From Oculina patagonica (Eukaryota): a stretch of 64,000 nt of DNA. The notes below the pieces were generated by a model, which was not told the origin of the DNA, made no database searches, and saw only the letters and a list, made by a program, of their open reading frames with translations. The stretch spans positions 1-64,000 of the forward strand of contig NC_135769.1 of assembly GCF_052425735.1 (NCBI RefSeq). The letters are read 5' to 3'. Positions 49,878 to 60,801 of the stretch are shown here, piece after piece (position 1 is the first letter of the stretch; each line of letters begins with the position of its first letter). The translations under genes were made by a program, and so were the position numbers.

Positions 49878-50642
49878 CTTAAGACGCCGAGACAGAAGCA
49901 TTCTCCTTGCTGTTTGACGATAGCTTAAATTGCCACCTAACACCTACCAAAAAAATTTCTATGAAATTCAGACATCAACCAGACAAATCGTCATCTTTTC
50001 TTCGTCGTCAATTTTCGATTCGCCCCAGTCTCTCCGAAAAATCTGAGCCACTTTTGAACTGGATTGGCGGTTAAAAAAACTGATTCCCCCCTTTCCCCCC
50101 CCCCCCCCCCTGTGGAAATCATTATTATTTTCGCCAGCCGACTTATGTTTTCGTAAGTTTGACCGTCTCTGGAGAATTAAAGAAGAGTTTTGGCAGACAC
50201 GCCTTCGAGATGACATTCTTTTTATATCATTTGTGTTGGTACCATCGTACATGACATTAAACAGTATCGCATAAGCTGGCGCTTCCCATTTCTTGGTATG
50301 ACTAACAGATTGGCTTTCAAATGAAATGAACGATGCTTTTAGAGAAATATTTGATAATGTGTTGTTTTTTGCTTTAGAGACAACTGAAATCAGAACATGG
50401 TTTATCGATTGAACTCGGTGTAGCGCATTGTATCGATCACCTCTGTAGGGAATTAAATAAAAATAATTGGACATGTAGGGATAAACGAAACAGAGACCGT
50501 CCCATGTCCGCCTGAAGAGGACAATAGAGGCACATTTCCACATGGGAAGTTGAGGACTCACCATTTCTACCGACCCTTTAGAAGGTTCACGGCTTGCAAA
50601 GAACCGAGCAGAAATGGAGCGACCTATGTGTCTTAGAATTAT

Positions 50643-50700
50643 TATTGATGATGATGATAATGACGACAATGACGACAATGATGATGATGATGATGATAAT
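50643..50700. repeat. (ATG/ACG)n trinucleotide microsatellite
   Basis: Seen directly. Confidence 0.85.
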
Positions 50701-51215
50701 TATGTTGGTTAATACAACTTCATCCTTCAAACGAGCACGATTCATCACTATACCTATAGCGCGTCAAACATTCGCGCCAAGTATGAATAAAACAAAGGGA
50801 AGAAGGAAGATATACCTTAGACTGCATTTATTAGTAGGTACTAAAATCATACACACAAAAATGCATTGTTGGAGTTTTAAACGGAAGGTTATTTTATATT
50901 ATGACGACTTCATTTTTTATGAATACGTATTTTTTAAATCTTGGTACGTTTATCTATCTGTAGCCAAACTAGGACATTTAATCAATTTTTTATTAAATAA
51001 AAACGGAGATGGCCTGATTTTTCAAATATGGCAACCCTGAGCTTTAGGCGATGGCGAAGAGCTTGTCTTGTTACGAAAAATTTACATGCAATATAGGAAG
51101 TGTTGGCAGTGATTTTTTTGTATTTATGGAATAAGTTTATTATTTGTCGTGAGGGTGCAACAGGCCTTTGGTAACAACTCGGAGTATATATGGTTAAATC
51201 CATCACTTGTGCCAG

Positions 51216-51509
51216 TCACCACATTCCTGCTTTAGTGTGATAATAATGGTACACCCATGGGGAACGTTTCCGCTCTATTTCTAGGCCACTCCGTACCGCG
51301 TTATCAATTATATCCCAGTCCTCGCCTCCCCACGTGACTTTGTTTTCGAAGCCGTCTGAAAATCCTCCGAATTTCTCCCAGTCTCCTTTGTACATAGCTA
51401 CTGTTCCATAGCTATAGTGGTACCAGAGTCCTCTGGGAAGGGCACTGCTCCCACCGCAATTTAGAAACACAATTTGAGGAGCATATACTGTCTTTCCTTT
51501 ACAACAGTG
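51216..51509 (-). CDS. Last exon of a second, convergent B4GALNT3/4-like paralog (upstream exons not visible; probably in the gap)
   Basis: Acceptor ...TTCCCAG|CAC TGT TGT AAA GGA. HCCKGKTVYAPQI...WGGEDWDIID...YHYYHTKAGMW* closely matches exon 3 of the + strand gene. Confidence 0.8.
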   Translation of the reverse strand, partial: HCCKGKTVYAPQIVFLNCGGSSALPRGLWYHYSYGTVAMYKGDWEKFGGFSDGFENKVTWGGEDWDIIDNAVRSGLEIERKRSPWVYHYYHTKAGMW

Positions 51510-51792
51510 CTGGGAAGAAAGAAAGGAAAAATGAAAAAAAAAGCATGCCACTGAAATATCTAGTTTAGCAAATAGTCGATGAAATAAATTAGAATCACTA
51601 TAGAAAAAAAAACACGAGAAAAGATTCAGAAATCTTAAATAGTGTAGTCCAAGCCTTTAAGAAAAGAAGTCAGAAATCAACGCAAGTTAGTATATATCCT
51701 GCTTTGAATTAGTGACTTGCGCTAAATATTTGATCGAACTAAAATTCTCACAGAAGTGCACGTGGATGCAAGATTATCTAACACAGGTCCAG

Positions 51793-52393
51793 GTCTTGTT
51801 GTTGATATTAAGTATTGTCGAGTAGAATGGTAACTCTCTCCTTACCTTGCGTTTGTCTTGTTGTTGTTATAAGTATTGTCGATAGAATGGTAACTCTCTC
51901 CTTACCTTGCGTATGTCTTGTTGTTGATATTAGTATTGTCGAGTAGAATGGTAACTCTCTCCTTACCTTGCGTATGTCTTGTTATTGATATAAGTATTGT
52001 CGAGTAGAATGGTAACTCTCTCCTTACCTTGCGTATGTCTTGTTGTTGATATAAGTATTGTCGAGTAGAATGGTAACTCTCTCGTTACCTTGCGTATGTC
52101 TTGTTGTTTATTTATTTTAATTTCTCTTACCTTGCGTATGTCTTGTTGTTGATATTAGTATTGTCGAGTAGAATGGTAACTCTCTCCTTACCTTGCGTAT
52201 GTCTTGTTGTTGATATTAGTATTGTCGAGTAGAATGGTAACTCTCTCCTTACCTTGCGTATGTCTTGTTGTTGATATTAGTATTGTCGAGTAGAATGGTA
52301 ACTCTCTCCTTACCTTGCGTATGTCTTGTTGTTGATATTAGTATTGTCGAGTAGAATGGTAACTCTCTCCTTACCTTGCGTATGTCTTGTTGT
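51793..52393 (-). repeat. 61-bp tandem array (10 copies up to the gap) made of an exon end plus its splice donor
   Basis: Unit (-): ACAACAAGACATACGCAAG|GTAAGGAGAGAGTTACCATTCTACTCGACAATACTAATATCA. Donors at ~51841, 51901, 51962, 52023, 52084, 52126, 52187, 52248, 52309 and 52370. Confidence 0.9.
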
Positions 52394-52899
52394 NNNNNNN
52401 NNNNNNNNNNNNNNNNNNNNNNNNNNNNNNNNNNNNNNNNNNNNNNNNNNNNNNNNNNNNNNNNNNNNNNNNNNNNNNNNNNNNNNNNNNNNNNNNNNNN
52501 NNNNNNNNNNNNNNNNNNNNNNNNNNNNNNNNNNNNNNNNNNNNNNNNNNNNNNNNNNNNNNNNNNNNNNNNNNNNNNNNNNNNNNNNNNNNNNNNNNNN
52601 NNNNNNNNNNNNNNNNNNNNNNNNNNNNNNNNNNNNNNNNNNNNNNNNNNNNNNNNNNNNNNNNNNNNNNNNNNNNNNNNNNNNNNNNNNNNNNNNNNNN
52701 NNNNNNNNNNNNNNNNNNNNNNNNNNNNNNNNNNNNNNNNNNNNNNNNNNNNNNNNNNNNNNNNNNNNNNNNNNNNNNNNNNNNNNNNNNNNNNNNNNNN
52801 NNNNNNNNNNNNNNNNNNNNNNNNNNNNNNNNNNNNNNNNNNNNNNNNNNNNNNNNNNNNNNNNNNNNNNNNNNNNNNNNNNNNNNNNNNNNNCTTTGC

Positions 52900-53721
52900 C
52901 AGTGGCGTAGCCAGGGGAGGGTTCCAGGGGTTCCGGAACCCCCCTTCAGGATATCGCAATAGCTAATTCAAGAGAAAAAATATTATTAGAACCCCCCTTT
53001 AATTCCGCCAGATTAGAAAAATGAAATTTTTGAGAAAATAAAATGAAATCTATAAAGTATCACCTTGTGTTTACAATTACAAAATTTCGTGTATACAAGC
53101 CTGCGTTGTACGTGTAGTGCGGATCAAGACCTACCAAACAGTGCAGTTCAGGCCTTGGCAGAATGTGACAGCGATTTTTATCCAAATGTGCACAAGTTGC
53201 TGCGCATCTTGTGTACGTTGCCAATTACTTCTGCAGAATGTGAGCGATCGTTCAGCACATTGCGCAGACTAAAGACATACCTGCGGGCTACAATGACCAG
53301 CGAGCGAGAGTCAGGACTTGCTCTTATGAACATACATTACAACAGACAAATTGATATTAGTGCAACAGTCGACATTTTTGCACGGAAGCATCCACGGCGC
53401 CTACTTCTGGCTGATATACTAGCTGACTAGTGAGTGACGGTACGCCGGGAGTGAATGGTACGCCGGAAAAATTACCTGGTACGCGGGATTTTAAGCTTCC
53501 CTTCTAAGAAATGCTAGCTTCAATTGACGCTAAAATTGCTAAAAATTTATGCTTAGAATCAAGGAGATGCCATTTCTGGGGACCGCAAATTTCAAACTTT
53601 CCCGGGGGAGCATGCCCCCGGACCCCCCTAGAGGAGGAGCGCCTCCGGCGCTCAGTTTTACCTTCACAAATACAATTCACATTTGGAACCCCCCTATACA
53701 AAAATCCTGGCTACGCCCCTG
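52900..53721 (+). mobile_element. Internally deleted hAT transposon retaining the C-terminal dimerisation domain; 5-bp TSD
   Basis: TIRs CAGTGGCGTAGCCAGG / CCTGGCTACGCCCCTG with TTTGC on both sides. ORF 53065-53430 contains YPNVHKLLRILCTLPITSAECERSFSTLRRLKTYLRATM...GLALMNIH. Confidence 0.9.
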
Positions 53722-56332
53722 TTTGCAAGTTCTTGAGTACCAAGCCCCCCATTACACCATAAAAGCAACAAACTCCCTACATTTGAAGGTGTATAGATAG
53801 AAGGGAATTCAGCATGTGACCCATTTGAGGCCAGGTATTTGCTCAATCTTGGCTGCCATTGGTGGTGTTATCCTATAATTGAGTAAAACTAACTACAGAT
53901 AGTTTACTTTGGGCAAAATCGGAAGTCGAACGACTTGAAATTATAGTAAAAGCACAGTTAATCATCCTTAATTGACATTTTTTTGTTTTTGTAAGGGAGA
54001 ATAACATATCTTTTGTTTTTAAGTTAAACAGTCAAGAAAATTCCTGTTCAATTTAGAACTTGGGTTAGAGGTTTTTTCGTTTTACATAAATTTCAGTGTA
54101 AAAATGAAAAAGGTGTTGACAAGTTTTCTAAATGAAAACCTTCCCATTTGTTTGACTTGTCACGCTTAAAGATTGTAGTGTGACCGCAGAACGTGCGAGC
54201 GAAAGCCAACAAGAGGAATTAAATTTAAGCTGTTTTGGCTGTACAAAACATTTATATCAGAAACTTATTATTGGGTTTTGCTTGATTTTGAAGGGGAGAG
54301 CCTGTACTAAACTTAAAGTTAAGATGGTAGAAGGTTAAGGAACTGTCGGACTGTGTGGCCCACAACTTCACCAGAAGTGGTCTGCCTGCATTGGCCGCGT
54401 CCGTTTTTTCTCGAGTGTGAATTGTAATTGGTTTAAACTGTTTGGCGTCACGAAAAAAGTCAGTCAATTGTTTATAAATTAAGCCAAAATTATTCCGCCG
54501 GCGTGAAAAGCCATTTGCTATGGCAGGTTACACCCCGCGAGGGGCGAAGTCCTCAGGAACTACAACCGGCGGGTTGTGGGGAGTGGGCCCTAGAGGACTT
54601 GTAGAGTGCACTTTGCGCAGATTTTTTATTTTTATTTTTACTTGGTTTATTGTGTTGTTAGGCAGAAAATCAAGAATTTTATCGTCTTTGAGACCATTAT
54701 CTCTTTCTCCGATTTGGAACGCCAAGATTAACATGTAAAAATGATAATTTTGTATCTGTAAGGCTTGTACGTGTTAAAAACTCTCTGGCAGATATTAGGA
54801 CCATTTGCAGTTAAAATACTCCCATTACAACGTGAAGCACTAGTAAACACAAATGGAAAGGAGATGATTTCTTGCGGCGCCAAACGGATGATATCGAGTG
54901 ATGTTTTATTGATAAATTCATTATTATCCCCAGTCACCTGCTGTCTCTTACTTTAGAACTTTCTTTAATATTTTATTTCCACCTTATTGCGAACTGCGAG
55001 ACAAAACTGAAAAGCACTTTGCCAGAAAGTCGTCCCTTAATAAGCTGTTTTGTGCAATCATTGTAATCCTGTAATGGTTTGGTTGATTCATTGTTGTTTT
55101 GCTGACGATCACTAAAAGCGATACGAAAGTCAAGGTGGCCAAATGCAGCTATTTTACTTCATTATAATTCACGAGTTTAGACATGAGCTAGGCGCGCCAG
55201 AGAGACTGAATATCTTATTCAACCGATCAATTTCGCTTCACAGCTGAGGTATGTGTTACTGTCGCTTATTTTTGGTCTGCTACTATACTAGGAAAATAGT
55301 TTTTGTCGTTGTCGAGCGGTAATATAACTCTTATTCTACTGGATTTGTGGTTTTATTCATAGCACACCATACTATTCAATCTCGATAACACGTTGTTTTA
55401 ATAGAGAGCGACAATATAGCAGCTTCTGGCCTGAAAAGAAATACGATGTGACCTGAAGTGTTGTTGGAGAATAAAATCCTCTTCTTTCATCAGACAATAT
55501 AGCATTGCCGTATATGGTGAACCTAACATTTATACTTTTCTCGTATTTCTTTGCCAAATTTTTATTTTGAAACAAAGGACGTAACTCGTGACTAAAAAAT
55601 GTTTATATAAACTTATAGAAGAACAGTCAGTCATACTTTCGCGTCGAATGTCGCAACACTTGAATTTTCAACTAAAAATATTCATTTACGATTCTCAATA
55701 TTTTTTCCTGGAATTTAATTATTTTGAATTGTGAATAGTGCTTGCCTTTGGGTGTGAATTCTGTCAAATTTATGCGGTTATTATGGAAGTTTTGGCGAGG
55801 AAAACCGGCAACTGTCTGGCAAACAGGATGTCAAATTTTATGACATCCGAACTATTGTTTGAAGCCGAAATTATTGGATTATCGAAACGGAGCTCAGTGA
55901 ATCCGTGAATTCAAAGTTTATTTTTTGTGGTATAAAACGTTTATAATTGATTAGAAATGGAAGCCTAATTTTTTATTTTTATTATTTCAATACTACGTCC
56001 TAGCAGTATCTAACAAGTTTACTTTACCTTAATCAAATGACACGGTACACATTTTTGGAAAATGAGCGCTTTGTATTTTTTTTTTCCGGTAATTAAAATT
56101 GTGGTGAGACTTTGAGATCCTGCCAATAGCTGCCGTTTTCCATATTTACCGGTAATCGTTTCCTCTTTCTTTTTTGATAGCCAAATCTCTTCGTCTCGTG
56201 TTAAGATTTTGGGCCGAGCACGTTTCAACCACAGGTTTTTCGCGGCCCAGGATCGGTAACGGAAGTTGTTCGAACGGTACATGACCCAATTGCCTGTACC
56301 TTACCGTGACAATCGAAATAGCTCCCAAAGTA

Positions 56333-58054
56333 ATGACAGGGAAGTCGGTGATTCTGTAAGCTAAAGGCTGGGGCAGTTTTATATTCATAGAAAATTTGTG
56401 ATAATCTTGATTAGGGCGATATGGTTTAGATTTTTAACAGAATTAAAAATAAAAGTTCTTAAAGGGTACACTGTCTTTCTTCCTTTCAAGGGAGCGGGAA
56501 CGCGAAAGGGGAAAGATTGCAGAGGACGAACTACCAAGAACCGGAAGTGCTAGACGAGCCAAAGAAATGTTTGAAACTCAACCTCAGGAAACTGAGAAGG
56601 ACACTCCGGTTGATTTACAGATACTGTCTGGCGTCACTAAAGCAAGTATGAAGAAGTATCAAGAAAACCAAGCTTCAAAAACTTCACAGCAACGAGATCT
56701 TGAGGGTCTTGAAGAGATCCAAGGGGGAATAGCCGCCTCGCACAGAGACGCCTTCGAGAAAGGTAAAGCGAGCAACGTAGAGAGGAAGAGAGAAGACGAG
56801 GAAGAGGAACATTTACCAACCGCAGGCATTGCATCAAAGACGCGCGCCAGCATCGAATCTGGTAAAGTTATCCACGCTGAAGACAGACACGTGCGCGAGA
56901 CAGACCTCGCCGAAGAAATGCCCTCAGCCGGTGCCGCCTCTTCCGTACGGCGTAGATTTGAGCAGAAAAACGACGAAGGCAAGGCAGAGAGGCGCTTGAG
57001 CTATGAACCAGAGAAAGGCGAGGCTAAAGCGCGGACGGCGATGTACATGCAAAGTTTAGAGGATTCATCCCGTAAGAAACAGTCCCAGGACGAAGAAGAT
57101 GCCCTTCCACCGGCTGGTAGCGCACGTGGGGTCAGGCAAATGTTTGAGCAGGATAAAGTTATACACGCCGAGTCAAATCTTCAAGATTCCTGGAAAGAAG
57201 AACTTCCGCCATCTGGAGTCGCGCAAGCAACTAAAGAAGCACTAAAAGCAGCTGCTGCCAAAGGCTATGAAAAATCGCAAGTCGAGGACGAGGCTCTTAG
57301 TCCTGGCAAGGCGTCGGCCACCAGGAGTCGATACGAGAGGGGAGAATTTGAAGACCAGAAGACCATCGAGCGGGAGGAACCCATCGTGTCACCTGGTCAA
57401 ACCAAGGAACAACTCAAACACTACCAGGAAGCAGCACAGAACCAAGGCCCGAGAAGACGAACCATGGACAACGAACGAGAGGAGCTGGAAGCTGCCCGCG
57501 GTGTAGCCCTTGCAGTAAAATCAAGCTACGAGAAGGAAGGAGCGCCCCATAAAGAAATCAAAAGGACCATCTCAGATGAAGATTTCACGGGCGTCCAAGG
57601 TCGTGCCAAGGAAACAACCCGAGAAATCGAGTCAGGTGCTCTCATCAAACAAGCTCCAAAGATGGTGGAAACTGAGGACTTTGGTGTGACCCAGGGAGTC
57701 ACAAAGCAAACAACACAGCAAATAGAAAAAGGCGAATTGATTAAACAGGCGCCCAAAATGGTGGACGAGGAAGATTTCTCAGGCGTGTCCGGTCGTGCTA
57801 AGGAAACGACGAAGCAGATTGAGAAAGGCGAGTTGATCAAAGAAGCACACAAGATGGTGGAAGACGAAGATTTCTCAGGAGTTTCAGGTGTTGTCAAGGG
57901 AACAAGAGAGCGTATCGATAGCGGAGAGATGGTGAAACAAGCTCCGGTAGGAAATTCTGACCAAGGCGACTTAATGGGGATTCAGTCTGTGACGAGTAAC
58001 CGTGCTGTGTTTGATCAAAATGGACTGGACTCTAATTCTGTCCACGCAGAATAA
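56333..58054 (+). CDS. Acidic repeat protein with Xin-like (P..G.A...R..FE) putative actin-binding repeats, ~528 aa
   Basis: The main exon 56491-58054 follows acceptor CCTTTCAAG and is open upstream of the ORF-track Met. A phase-compatible first exon is 56333-56355 (ATGACAGGGAAGTCGGTGATTCT|GTAAGC). The product is inferred from motif resemblance. Confidence 0.75.
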
Positions 58055-58667
58055 AACGCTTAATGATCAGTCTGCACATGCGCAAGTTTAGATCGTAAAG
58101 GAATCATCGTCAAACAAGGACAACATAGTTGAAAAAGGAAAAAATACATTTAAAGACAGAATTTAAAGTCCTAAATATACAAAATAGGGTTATTTGAGAC
58201 TTGGGTCATTGAGTTTTCTAGTTGACCACGCGATAATGAACTTTAGACAAACCTTTATGTAATTTTAATGCGAATCAGGCTGGTTTAATTATGTTTACAA
58301 TCACCTTTATTTTTAACCCTAGAACGCCAATTTTGATTGGATCTTTGTTAATTTGGTCCCATTGAAGAAAAATAAAATTTAGGACCATTATGTAATTATT
58401 TAATGCTGTAGTATAATAAAATCCTGCATTAAATCTAACCTGAGAAAATTTCTACAAAGTAGATTATAATCAATTACGATTGGGTGTTAAGGATGGCAAC
58501 GTAAAGTATTTTAGTTAACTCTTTTCAGTTCAGTCTTCAAGTTCTGTTTATTAAGTTACTTGAATGAGACTACTGACTTATAAAGTAATTCTTAGCAGAA
58601 GTCATGCTTTGAAAAGAGGAACGATTACAATGTACTTATTATCCATCCGAAGTACCTGTGAATTTAA

Positions 58668-59220
58668 AGTGCTACTACGATCAAATTTTCGATTTCCATT
58701 TTTTTACATTTTCGTGTACAATTTGACTTTCTTACTTACCTTGCCAATTTTCAATCCATTACGAACATCAGAAGTCGTTTTATTTTAACGTCTATTTCCG
58801 ATAATTTACGGCCGCCATTAAAAAACCTTGTTCCAAGGCTTGGTTGCGAATAGGGAGAAAATGACGTCAAAGACTCCAAATACCTCACGGGTTGAAATTA
58901 TAATAACAATCAGCATAGAACATTGCACGAAAAATAAGCCCAAACTTTTTGTTGCTTTTCGCGTGATTTTCACTACATATTGTTTTTATAATTTCAACCC
59001 GTGAGGTATTTGGAGCCTTGACGTCATTTTCTCCCTATTCGCAACCAAGCCTTGGAACAAGGTTTTTTAATGGCGGCCGTAAATTATCGGAAATAAACAT
59101 GAAAATAAGACGACTTCTGATGTTCGTAATGGATTGAAAATTGGCAAGGTGAGTAAGAAAGTCTTCTTGTACACGAAAATGTAAAAAAATGGAAATCGAA
59201 AATTTGATCGTAGTAGCACT
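58668..59220. mobile_element. Foldback MITE with ~235-bp TIRs, TTAA TSD and AG..CT termini (Kolobok-like)
   Basis: TTAA|AGTGCTACTACGATCAAATTTTCG ... CGAAAATTTGATCGTAGTAGCACT|TTAA. Arms at ~58668-58903 and ~58987-59220. Confidence 0.92.
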
Positions 59221-59877
59221 TTAAGGGTCACTAGTGGGATCGATCTTCAATGTTGATGTAAATAAATGATAAATAAAGTGCGTATAGACAACAAACCATA
59301 TCCAAGGTAGCACAGTCGAATAGATTTATAATGTGTGGAATAAAATACTGTGAATTTTTAGTCAGATGTTGAGTGTTTTTTTTTTTACGCGGAAATCGTT
59401 GACACGCAACGTTTTGTCATCTTTATTGATTTGAGGAGCGAAATCTGGGGGGGGGGGGGAGGGAGCTACTCTGGGTGAGGTGATGGGGGGCATGAAGTCT
59501 TGCTGCTCCTTCGGGTCTCCAGATTTTGCTTCCCAGAAGACTACACGATCGAACGTGTCGTTAAGAATCAGATTACAAAGTGCAGGAAACATACCTTGAA
59601 GTCATGGAATATCAACTCAATTAACTCAAAATAACTGATATTGTGTAATGGTAATGGTTTCTTTGCATTTCCCAACGCTCAACGCGCTTCACAATTAAAG
59701 TCACGGAATGAGACCGGACATCAGCATATCAGGCGCCTTTGGCAGCCGCTATCCGTCCATGTATTTGATATCTCCACCACGCAACTCAGTACTTCAGACA
59801 AAGGTCAGACCAAAATACCAGGAATTTCCTGTCCTACGGTACTCTTTGCGATAAGTGTGTGGGTTCTTTTTTTGCGT

Positions 59878-59953
59878 TAAATGTGTGTATATATGGTGCA
59901 TATCTCCCCAGGGGATAAATGTGTGTATATATGGTGCATATCTCCCCAGGGGG
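59878..59953. repeat. 38-bp direct tandem duplication
   Basis: TAAATGTGTGTATATATGGTGCATATCTCCCCAGGGG occurs twice. Confidence 0.85.
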
Positions 59954-60540
59954 CCCACCAGGGGATAAACTTTCATCCTTTCACATACCTACAGTCTTTT
60001 TTATAAACTTTTTACAAGAATAACTCCTTTCAAAATACTTTGATGAATTAACCGTCCGATGGGTTTGTCCAAGATTTTATTGCTACCCTTCTTTTATTCT
60101 TTAACATAGAAAAACCTCACCCTTTTCGGGCGGAGCTCCCCGCCAGTAGTCCTCTATAGAGTGTAATCAACCCCTCCCCCCCTCCCCCCCTCGAAGGTGG
60201 AAAGGGCCTGAACAAGCAGCTATTGTCCTTTACAACAATGGCTCTATGTTATTCATTACATAAAGTTTATCAGAAAACGATACCTACAAGGACCGAGTTT
60301 AAAGAAACTTACTGAAGATCATTTAAATAAACACTGAACCCGAGCCAAACGTTAGTTTTCCGAAAATAAAGTTTGTTATCGTCAAAGCTCGAGACACAAA
60401 TTGCTAATTTCAATGCACTTAGGCGAATTCTATACCCCACAGGCACCACAAATTGCTTCATCTAATGACTTATTTGTGGTTCGATGCTAAGAATAGCACT
60501 TATGCTACTAAGGGTCATGCAACGCACCAGTTTCAATTTA

Positions 60541-60801
60541 CCGTATTTTCTCGATTAAACGCCGGGCCCCGAATAAACGCCGGGTCTCCAAGTTGTATTT
60601 GAAAATAAACCCCTTAAACAATTTTTAAAGGTTTAATATGATTTAAAAACAATGTCTAATTATAGAGCTGCCAAAAATAATGAATAAAAATCGTTTCTTA
60701 GAAACATAGGGCTTGAAAAAACTCCTGAATTCAAATAAACGCCGGCCCTATCGGGCCAAGTTTGAAATAAACGCCGGGGGCGTTTAATCGAGAAAATACG
60801 G
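60541..60801. mobile_element. Tc1/mariner (pogo-like) MITE
   Basis: TA|CCGTATTTTCTCGATTAAACGCC ... GGCGTTTAATCGAGAAAATACGG|TA, with internal AATAAACGCCGG repeats. Confidence 0.9.

Noticed and set aside
49968-51040. 236-aa and 148-aa ORFs
   Set aside because: Seeded by the (ATG)n microsatellite, with no recognisable domain or splice support.
51793-52393. CRISPR-like regular array
   Set aside because: The units are wholly repeated with no unique spacers, there are no cas genes, and the context is eukaryotic.
54520-54956. Short ORFs as candidate missing exon 1 of the second B4GALNT
   Set aside because: No resemblance to the PA14/TM region of the + strand paralog.
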